From a virus, in IMG/VR virus record IMGVR_UViG_3300045988_174823: a DNA stretch of 64,000 nt. One strand, written 5' to 3'. The notes under the pieces were generated by a model. That model worked only from the letters and a program-made list of their open reading frames with translations. It did not search any database and had not been told where the DNA came from. The stretch's first letter is position 1; each line of letters begins with the position of its first letter. Below are positions 35,018 through 42,437 of this stretch, piece by piece. The translations under genes were made by a program, and so were the position numbers.

Positions 35018-36769
35018 CTATCCAAACAAAAGGGTTTCTGCTTTTTCAATCGACATATCGTCAGCGGATAACGTACCGAGTTCCGCGTTATGGGCTTTCC
35101 ACGTGTCGGGAATCATATCCTCAGCGCCAAGCGTTTTGGCGCGACGTTTAATCCAGCGGCGAGCCCGTTCAGGATTCTTTGCGTTGCCGGCCAAGCGGAT
35201 GGCATTCTTCAGGTCGGACTTGTTACGAATCGGGAATGAACCATCGGGGAGGGCCTCCTTTTTATCAGCAAGACGCTCACGTTGCTTTTCGGTAAAATCG
35301 GCCTTTTCGAGCGATTCTGCGGAGTCGAGCAGCGCTTCGGCCTTGGCTATCTCATCGGAAGTTTCGACGGGCTGGATGGCCTCGTACACGAATCCTTTCG
35401 TCAGTGCACGTACTGCGGCCCGCTCCCACTCTTTTTGCTTATCACCGATGAGATTGGTCCACTCACCGCCTATCTTGGCCATCCTGTTAGAACGGTCAGT
35501 AGAACGCTTCTCCGATAAGATGGTTCCGAAAGTACGGGTGGTAAACTTAGCAGGGTCGATTTTGTTCTTATTCTTAACGATAAGATCGAACAATTCTTTG
35601 CGTTCCTTTTTATCCTCTTCAGGGTCGTCGAGGTGCGGTTGCTGGGGAATATCCATTTCCTCGTAACGATCCTTCAGAACTTCGATCGTTTCATCGACGG
35701 TAAGATATACCTCCGACGTCAGCGTAGCGCGCGAAATGATGACCTTAGTGTCCTCGTTCTTCGAAAGGTTCACGAGGTCCTTGTTGGTCATGATAATGAT
35801 ACGGCCCGTGAATACGAAATTCGACTTGACGTCTTCCGGGTCGCCGACCACACGCTTACCTGAAGCGGCGGTGGCTTTCTTCATGATGGAAGCCAAGTCG
35901 GCGCGAGTGATAACGGAGTCGGTATCATCGAACAGAAGAATCTTACCGTTGTGTGCTTTCAGTACACCCAGCAGCTGCTTCTTGGAGTTGATGTCGCCGA
36001 GCTCAACGTAGTCATAGTCGCCGTCGCCTGGAGAATCGGTTTCAGCGTCGAATGGACGTTTATTGAGCAGTTCGGCAATTTTCTTGAAACCGTACGATTT
36101 ACCGATACCTGCGCCGCCAGCCGAGATCATGAACCGATGTTCCTTGTTATCGAGGAACTCAAGATACTGACGGTTAAGATCATACATAACCTCAACAGGC
36201 GGTTCGTAATCGGGATCCTTTTTCTTCATCGCATAGACGAAGCGGTCGTAAGCGATACGGTCTTGACGGCTCTGAAGTTTATTAAACTTTTTCTGAATGC
36301 GCGGGTCTTCGGGGTTAAGAAACCAGTCCTCGACGATTTCACCATCGTCGTTTCCACCCTCGCCGTCGTTAATGTCCACTTGAGCTCCGGTACTGGTAGG
36401 CGCAACAGGATCCTGTTTGGCAGTCATCTTAAGCAACGTAGATAACGTTCCGCTGGTATCCACCTGCGACATATCGGCATTACGGGATTTCAGTTCGTTG
36501 TAAGCGATATGTCGCAGCTGCGCATTGCCCTTGGGGTTGTTGACAACTTTCAAAAGGTTATCATCGCTGGTCTTCTTGGCCCACGCTTCAAGACTCGTCG
36601 CAGGACCCGAATCGCCCGATTCTTTACCAGTATCGGCGCTGGGCTTGGGTTTAGCGTTCTTATCGACACGCCAGTTGAACTTTCCAGGCTTGTACTCCGT
36701 CCACACCCACGGCTGGGTGGGGTGATGGTCGCCGACGTTGTGCTTTGCTTTTTGAATAATATCTGACAT
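35018..36769 (-). CDS. P-loop (AAA-like) ATPase domain protein, putative virion-associated
   Basis: Walker A 'SAGGAGIGKSYG' and Walker B 'KILLFDDTD'. A C-terminal 'LPDGSFPIRNKSDLKNAIRLAG' motif is present. Confidence 0.55.
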   Translation of the reverse strand: MSDIIQKAKHNVGDHHPTQPWVWTEYKPGKFNWRVDKNAKPKPSADTGKESGDSGPATSLEAWAKKTSDDNLLKVVNNPKGNAQLRHIAYNELKSRNADMSQVDTSGTLSTLLKMTAKQDPVAPTSTGAQVDINDGEGGNDDGEIVEDWFLNPEDPRIQKKFNKLQSRQDRIAYDRFVYAMKKKDPDYEPPVEVMYDLNRQYLEFLDNKEHRFMISAGGAGIGKSYGFKKIAELLNKRPFDAETDSPGDGDYDYVELGDINSKKQLLGVLKAHNGKILLFDDTDSVITRADLASIMKKATAASGKRVVGDPEDVKSNFVFTGRIIIMTNKDLVNLSKNEDTKVIISRATLTSEVYLTVDETIEVLKDRYEEMDIPQQPHLDDPEEDKKERKELFDLIVKNKNKIDPAKFTTRTFGTILSEKRSTDRSNRMAKIGGEWTNLIGDKQKEWERAAVRALTKGFVYEAIQPVETSDEIAKAEALLDSAESLEKADFTEKQRERLADKKEALPDGSFPIRNKSDLKNAIRLAGNAKNPERARRWIKRRAKTLGAEDMIPDTWKAHNAELGTLSADDMSIEKAETLLFG

Positions 36770-36804
36770 ACGTTGTGCAGTTTTCCAAATAAATACTTGG
36801 AAAA

Positions 36805-37608
36805 TTACACTTCTACAGCGTCAAAGTCAATATCAAATTTCTTATATACAATGCGCAACTCGGGCACACCATTGATCGGCTTCTTCTTTTCATCAACACG
36901 AGCGTTAAGCGGCCAACGCTTCAAGATGATATCATGCGCACGTTGAACGCGCTCACGACGTTCGTACACATCCTGGAGACCGCCACCTTGTGTAGCTTCC
37001 TTGTTCATCTTACTCTGGAGCAAGAACCGTACGAATCGCGCATACACGATGCCGAGATACATACATTTTAACGAATAGTCGATATCACATTTCAACTCCA
37101 ACCGCTCATCAAAGTCCAACTCTAACGTGCGAAGACCCTTGAACACGATAAGGTGTGGAATACCGCCGTATTTGAAACGCGGACTAACGTCGATGCAATT
37201 CCAATCAAAAGCACTTTTGCCCATGGTGCCATATTCGAAGTCGGTTTTCATCACCTCTCGGTCGAATTCGTTGAAGAATTCAGCCAACTCTTCATGGGTT
37301 TTCAACGACAGTCCGCATTTGGCTTCACCGTCAATTGAGTAGAAGAAGTTGGCGATATCGTCATCCATCACCACAACGGGATACCCCTCGCGCAAGTAGG
37401 TATTCTTGCAGAAATTGACTACGTAGCTGTAGCCACGATTCGAGGCTGGAAGCACAATGAGGCGTTCGCGCTCATGCCCGGCTTCAACATATTTTTCAAC
37501 ATCCTCTTTTTCTACCACGATGTGGTAATCCACGCCGCCCTTTTTCAACAATCGAGTCGTGACGCATTTAGGGCGGTTTTTAGACACGACAAAGAATTGA
37601 CAGTTCAT
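36805..37608 (-). CDS. GT-A-like glycosyltransferase (paralogue of 55500-56315)
   Basis: Start placed at the ATG at 37608, 2 nt after the upstream TGA; the track ORF starts at 37638. DxD-like 'VVVMDDDI' is present. Blocks shared with the paralogue are 'KCDIDYSL...QGGGLQDVY...RWP' vs 'KEDFALAC...AAGGCSVY...TFP'. Confidence 0.45.
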   Translation of the reverse strand: MNCQFFVVSKNRPKCVTTRLLKKGGVDYHIVVEKEDVEKYVEAGHERERLIVLPASNRGYSYVVNFCKNTYLREGYPVVVMDDDIANFFYSIDGEAKCGLSLKTHEELAEFFNEFDREVMKTDFEYGTMGKSAFDWNCIDVSPRFKYGGIPHLIVFKGLRTLELDFDERLELKCDIDYSLKCMYLGIVYARFVRFLLQSKMNKEATQGGGLQDVYERRERVQRAHDIILKRWPLNARVDEKKKPINGVPELRIVYKKFDIDFDAVEV

Positions 37609-37610
37609 AC

Positions 37611-38291
37611 TCAAAATGGTAAGTCGCCCTCGTACCAAATTTCCTCAGGCGGGTTCTGTTCTATAAAACGTTGATAATTGTCCAGTGTACTTTCTAACGA
37701 TGGATAAAACCTCATGAACAACTCCCACTTAACGTCAAACATATCATCACACGATACGCGGCGTTTCATCAGTAGGCTTTCGCTATTATAGCACTGCACG
37801 CAGACCTGACGACGGCCTCGTAGTACGTACGAATAGGGAAAGTCGCGATAGTATTCCGCACCAGACGCTGTATTATACACCACATCATGGATAAACTGGT
37901 TGAACGGGTGTCCTGCGCCGAGAGGTGCCAGTAACGTATAACCGGGATTGCGGTGCATAAACTTCCGCAAATGATCGCGAAGCGCTTGTTCGGCGAAATT
38001 AAGGCCGTCATTCCCGAATTTGGCGCGTAAGTACGTATAGACGCTCTCATAATTACAGTCCTTGGAATGGGCCTGAAAATCGCTACAACGGACATTTTCT
38101 AACTCCAGGTCCAGACAATCCATGGCTATACCCAGAAAATTGTACAGAAGCCGCTGCTCTGAAACGCGCTTTGGGTCGCTATCTACAGTAAGCACCCGAA
38201 CGTCATATTCGGGTGCTACTAAAACGTGACAAGCACTCATCAGGAGATCACCCGCGTGTGGCTCGACACAGAGGTATTTTATTTTTCCCAT
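37611..38291 (-). CDS. PIG-L/LmbE-like putative deacetylase (divergent)
   Basis: 'YLCVEPHAGDLLMSACH...DVRVLTV' compares with the AHPDDE motif, and 'GAGHPFNQFIHDVV' with the HPDH motif. Confidence 0.4.
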   Translation of the reverse strand: MGKIKYLCVEPHAGDLLMSACHVLVAPEYDVRVLTVDSDPKRVSEQRLLYNFLGIAMDCLDLELENVRCSDFQAHSKDCNYESVYTYLRAKFGNDGLNFAEQALRDHLRKFMHRNPGYTLLAPLGAGHPFNQFIHDVVYNTASGAEYYRDFPYSYVLRGRRQVCVQCYNSESLLMKRRVSCDDMFDVKWELFMRFYPSLESTLDNYQRFIEQNPPEEIWYEGDLPF

Positions 38292-39238
38292 GGCCGTTTG
38301 TATATCTTCTCGACGCAGGGGCCGTCCTTCGATACGTCCTCAGCCATACGGCGAATTTCTGGCGTGATAGGCGGGAGCGTTTTCTTACCCATCTTATCAG
38401 GCAGGAAACCGACACGGACGCTGACATGTGTACACCCCTGACACGGACGGAACCGACGATCGTTGTTGTACAGCATCACGCGGGCAGCATGAAAGCGCGG
38501 ATGGTTCCAGAGGTCTTCGATAGGCATGTCGTGGATGTTGGCGATAGGGTACTCGCCGCGAAAGTCGTCGCAGCACAAGCACACCTGGCCGTTCCAACGC
38601 ACATCCAGTTCGCGGAACGGAAAAGTACATCGTTTGTTGTTGAACGAGTCGTCGAGCGGGAACGCTGCGCCACAGTGGTTAGCCAGACGACGCGTCATCT
38701 TGTTGGTATCGTCTTCGGCGATAGGCGGCAACAGACAGATACGGCGGCCCTGCTTGGGGTAGTAGTACGGAACGCCCGGTTCCAGCGTAACGACGTTGTA
38801 TTTCTCGATGTCGATTTTCTCGACGAAATTCCAGTCACCCTTAGCCGTATAGCAGTCCACCAGAATATCATTCATGCCGGCTTCAAAAAGACGGTCTAAA
38901 TATTCCGACGTATCCTTGGCGTGGTTCATACCGTACCCGTTGCTGTACATATGAAATACGGCTTTGGGCAGGTGTTTACGGAACGTAGCCACGATGTCGA
39001 TGAATGCGGGGTTGAGCGTCGGTTCGCCGTGCATAGCGAATACGAACTTACATTTCCACCCTACGCGGGCTACCTCTGAAGCGATACGCTCGGCGGTTTC
39101 AACGGTCATGAAATTCCACGGCTTAGTGCCTTTTTCGCGCATGCCGTGGAGACCGCAAAACGAACAACCCAGATTACACCCCTCCGTCGGTTCAATCTGC
39201 ATAGTGAACGGAGGGTCTTGTACGATTTTGTTTTTCAT
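38279..39238 (-). CDS. radical SAM enzyme with C-terminal SPASM/twitch-like Cys cluster
   Basis: 'EGCNLGCSFCG' matches CxxxCxxC. The C-terminus carries 'CTFPFRELDVRWNGQVCLCCDDF...CQGCTH'. Confidence 0.8.
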   Translation of the reverse strand: MKNKIVQDPPFTMQIEPTEGCNLGCSFCGLHGMREKGTKPWNFMTVETAERIASEVARVGWKCKFVFAMHGEPTLNPAFIDIVATFRKHLPKAVFHMYSNGYGMNHAKDTSEYLDRLFEAGMNDILVDCYTAKGDWNFVEKIDIEKYNVVTLEPGVPYYYPKQGRRICLLPPIAEDDTNKMTRRLANHCGAAFPLDDSFNNKRCTFPFRELDVRWNGQVCLCCDDFRGEYPIANIHDMPIEDLWNHPRFHAARVMLYNNDRRFRPCQGCTHVSVRVGFLPDKMGKKTLPPITPEIRRMAEDVSKDGPCVEKIYKRPWEK

Positions 39239-41268
39239 TATTTGGTAACTTTAATGTTAAGTTTCACGTTCTTTAACTTTGGGTTCTTAAACTGGCGTTT
39301 GATAGGCTTGATGAAAGCGCGGGTTGCAGGGTCCCAATCAAAGCCATCAGGAACGTGGTTGACTGTACACCGGCAATTGTGAACCACAATTCCATCGGCA
39401 ATGTAGCTTTCATCTTCGGCAACTGAAATATTGTACAATTTAGTGTACTTTTTAGATCTCGGAACTTGTTTAATGTATAAAACCTTCACACCACGCGAAA
39501 CTATTTGCCCCCGGTGATTTTTGAACAGCCGTTTCAGGCGGTTGTAAACCATATCGCCGTGGTTGTTTATCTCATCTTCAGTGAAGCGGAATGTCTCATA
39601 GCCGTAACACTCCAAAATGTCCTTATCGCGGTTGGAATCGTATTCCGGATCGTTGTGCCATTTTTCGCCGTCAGCCTCCAAAACAATCTTGAGATCGGGA
39701 ATCAGTAAATCGGGGAAATACCCCACAACATCGTTGCGGAACTTTCCGTTATTTTTCAAGAACACCCCTGTCTTAGCTTCAACTCCTAACGACTTACACA
39801 GATACTCCAACTTGCGCTCGATGAACGACCGTTTCTTACCATTGGTAGAATTAGTCTTCTTCAGCGCCTCAGCCATCCAAGGATACTCACCTTGATATTT
39901 ATCTTCGATAGCTTTTCTTGCTCTGGTGGTAAGTTTCTGACGATCGACAGCACTCATATTGGCATAACGAACAGCCATCTCTTCTTTGACTTTCTTACTC
40001 ATGTAAGAACGGAACTCTGTGTCTTGCCATTGCGAGACGCACTGTTCGCTCCGGTGACAAGCTATACACAGCCCCCTCTCCAAAAGAGTATCGCTGGCTG
40101 AAACGTATATTGGCATAAACGAACCGCATTTTTCACAACAAACACCTTCGATTGTTATCAAATCGCCTGTTTTCAATGAAGCAGCCTCTCGCCATTCACC
40201 GTTTGAAAGAATTGGATGATTTCCTGTTATACGACGCACCTTCCGTACCTTTTTACGCCCTAAAAGGTTTTTGACGGCATAATAGATGTCGTACAGGGGT
40301 TCATCCTTATGATCGTGAATAATCACTTCCGTAACAGGCCTAAACCTCCCTCGGTGAGTCAAAACCATATCCCCTTTCTTTAGAGAAGATATGTTTCTCC
40401 ATCCGTTGATGGTGTACACCTTTGTAGCCGGATTATTGAAACAATAGGGGTGCGTTGGGTCAATCGTAGGGAGCCATTCTGCCACCTTACGACCGATGTT
40501 GTTACCGTTAGCGATAAGGTCTGCCAAACGGAACAGTTTCGGTTTCGAGGTAGGGTCTTCGGGGTCTTCTAAGTACAACTCCCGGCACTTAGCGCACGCG
40601 CCTGGATAGACGTCGAAATACACTTTGGCGTCAGGACCGTGTTGCTTGAAAATACTTTCGGCACGGCCCACGTTGTAGGCTTCGTGTAGAAGGTAGTACG
40701 CAATACGCAGCCAATCGCGTCCCCAGTCTTGGGTAAGGTTTCCGAGTTCGCTGGCTATATACCGGGCTCCCTTACGGAGTTGAACAGCTTGAATGGCCTT
40801 GTCTTTTATTTGTTGACGTATTTCTGATTGTTGACGGAAATTCGATTTGAGTACAGCGTTGCGTGTTCCGGTGACGATACGATTACCAAGCGACGTGATG
40901 TCGGTATAGGCACGATTCTTGAGGTAGTTGAGCGCGTTTTCTTCCTGTTCGGTAAGCGGAACAAAGTTTCCCGATTTCAAGAACTGGAGAAACTGCTTGT
41001 AATTCATCTTCTTGGCGCGAGTGTCGCCAATTGCTTCGGCCAGTATTCCAAACAAAAAGGCGTGTTCGATGATGCCCTTTGAGTTCTTGTACTTATCGAC
41101 GTTGACCCCTGAAGCTACCAAGATATCAATTTCAGACTGCGTGAGGTAGTCCAATCCGACGTGCTTGGCAATAAAGAGATATTGCCAACGCCGGAGAATA
41201 CCGACCATGTCGTCTATTTGACGGTTGTTGAAAATCATAACTTTTCGACGTCTTTTCGGGGAATCCAT
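39238..41268 (-). CDS. Mu-F / SPP1-gp7-like head morphogenesis protein interrupted by an intein
   Basis: The exteins give '...YPGACAKCRELY...PTHPY|CRCTVNHVP', which reconstitutes the Mu-F family CxxC and HPxCRC motifs. Confidence 0.75.
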   Translation of the reverse strand: MDSPKRRRKVMIFNNRQIDDMVGILRRWQYLFIAKHVGLDYLTQSEIDILVASGVNVDKYKNSKGIIEHAFLFGILAEAIGDTRAKKMNYKQFLQFLKSGNFVPLTEQEENALNYLKNRAYTDITSLGNRIVTGTRNAVLKSNFRQQSEIRQQIKDKAIQAVQLRKGARYIASELGNLTQDWGRDWLRIAYYLLHEAYNVGRAESIFKQHGPDAKVYFDVYPGACAKCRELYLEDPEDPTSKPKLFRLADLIANGNNIGRKVAEWLPTIDPTHPYCFNNPATKVYTINGWRNISSLKKGDMVLTHRGRFRPVTEVIIHDHKDEPLYDIYYAVKNLLGRKKVRKVRRITGNHPILSNGEWREAASLKTGDLITIEGVCCEKCGSFMPIYVSASDTLLERGLCIACHRSEQCVSQWQDTEFRSYMSKKVKEEMAVRYANMSAVDRQKLTTRARKAIEDKYQGEYPWMAEALKKTNSTNGKKRSFIERKLEYLCKSLGVEAKTGVFLKNNGKFRNDVVGYFPDLLIPDLKIVLEADGEKWHNDPEYDSNRDKDILECYGYETFRFTEDEINNHGDMVYNRLKRLFKNHRGQIVSRGVKVLYIKQVPRSKKYTKLYNISVAEDESYIADGIVVHNCRCTVNHVPDGFDWDPATRAFIKPIKRQFKNPKLKNVKLNIKVTK
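39376..40443 (-). mobile_element. intein (356 aa) carrying a Zn-ribbon and a Vsr/DUF559-type PD-(D/E)xK nuclease domain
   Basis: It starts with 'CFNNPATKVYTINGW', has block B 'ITGNHPIL', and ends 'IADGIVVHN' followed by +1 Cys. The insert carries 'CCEKCG...CIACH' and 'YFPDLLIPDLKIVLEADGEKWHNDPEYDSNRDKDILECYGYETFRFTEDEI'. Confidence 0.8.
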
Positions 41269-41759
41269 TTCCCAGTGCCACGTGGTGCGCCGCTGTACGA
41301 AGGTTTACCTGTAAGTTGAATTAACTGTATTTCCGTGTCACCTTCCTTGATGTTTTTCACTGAATACACGCTGCGAACTCTTCCGGCGTAACGGACCTTA
41401 TCGCCAATTTTCACTTTTTCGTAGTGCTTGACGTATTTCTCCACCTTTTGATTTTCATAAAAATCGTTACGTGCAACGCCGTCGTCGCCAATTACAAGTG
41501 CTTCGGTGCCATCGCCAACCGTGAGCGTGTGAATATACGTATCGTCTTGACGACATTCAGAGTTTCGGCGTTGACTGGGATCGGGAAACTTTGCGCGTCC
41601 CGTGTAAAGTGCGCCGACGCGGCCTAACTTTCGGTTCTTAGACGTGTTGGCGTATCGTCCTGTTCTCGAACGCGCCTTTTCAATGAACCCCGCCACCACC
41701 TGCTCACGCATTGTATTGTGGTGTTCGTGTATTGCTTTTGTGATCGCGTCTATTTCCAT
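41235..41759 (-). CDS. hypothetical protein with N-terminal 'IEKAR..G.YA...NR.L.RVG' module
   Basis: 174-aa ORF. The module at aa 26-52 is shared with the 595-aa protein at 42437-44224. Confidence 0.5.
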   Translation of the reverse strand: MEIDAITKAIHEHHNTMREQVVAGFIEKARSRTGRYANTSKNRKLGRVGALYTGRAKFPDPSQRRNSECRQDDTYIHTLTVGDGTEALVIGDDGVARNDFYENQKVEKYVKHYEKVKIGDKVRYAGRVRSVYSVKNIKEGDTEIQLIQLTGKPSYSGAPRGTGKWIPRKDVEKL

Positions 41760-42265
41760 AATCTGACCCGTGAAATTTGACTGCGTTTGACAACCATGTG
41801 TAGGCCGTTGTTTAACTCGATTTCCGCACCTTCATCGCCGGACACCAGAACCTTCCCGAACCTGTAGTAGAAACCTGCCTCGGAGTTTCCAGTCTTTGCG
41901 ATAACGGTATTATTCTGGGATAGTTCGGCGAGGTCTTTAATCTTGATGGCGTCATCGTCAAACATCTTCTTCCAAAACCACTCAACATCGGGGCAAAGAC
42001 GGATCTCTTCGTCGGGCTGTAACGATACTGTGATCGATGTGCCGGAGGGGTGCATCTTCACTTCACACCTACCATCACTAATGCGTGATAGCGTGCCGAC
42101 GTTATACTTCATCTGCCCTCTTTCATCCCTCATACGAGTAACGACCCATACCGGGTATGGTGGTTCTTTCTCCAGCGCGCTATTGACGGCAATCACTGTG
42201 CCGATATTCCAAACCTGTTCAATCTTCCTTGGCGGTATGGCCCAAATTGCCTTTCTTTGTTTCAT
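41750..42265 (-). CDS. hypothetical protein
   Basis: 171-aa ORF, packed. Confidence 0.5.
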   Translation of the reverse strand: MKQRKAIWAIPPRKIEQVWNIGTVIAVNSALEKEPPYPVWVVTRMRDERGQMKYNVGTLSRISDGRCEVKMHPSGTSITVSLQPDEEIRLCPDVEWFWKKMFDDDAIKIKDLAELSQNNTVIAKTGNSEAGFYYRFGKVLVSGDEGAEIELNNGLHMVVKRSQISRVRLWK

Positions 42266-42437
42266 CCTCGTTTAGTTCTTTAATCGCCGCAGCCGTAGCG
42301 TCGGCGATGTACTTCAAGACATCACCGAGCGCCGCGGCATTATTGGCGTTCCATTCCCGGATAAACCGATTTTCGTACTGAGTAACGGTGGGGAATGGCG
42401 ACGGAAGAAAGTGGGTATGTTTGGCGTTGTAGGGCAT
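42219..42437 (-). CDS. hypothetical protein
   Basis: 72-aa ORF whose start codon overlaps the upstream stop codon (1-nt overlap at 42437). Confidence 0.4.
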   Translation of the reverse strand: MPYNAKHTHFLPSPFPTVTQYENRFIREWNANNAAALGDVLKYIADATAAAIKELNEDETKKGNLGHTAKED

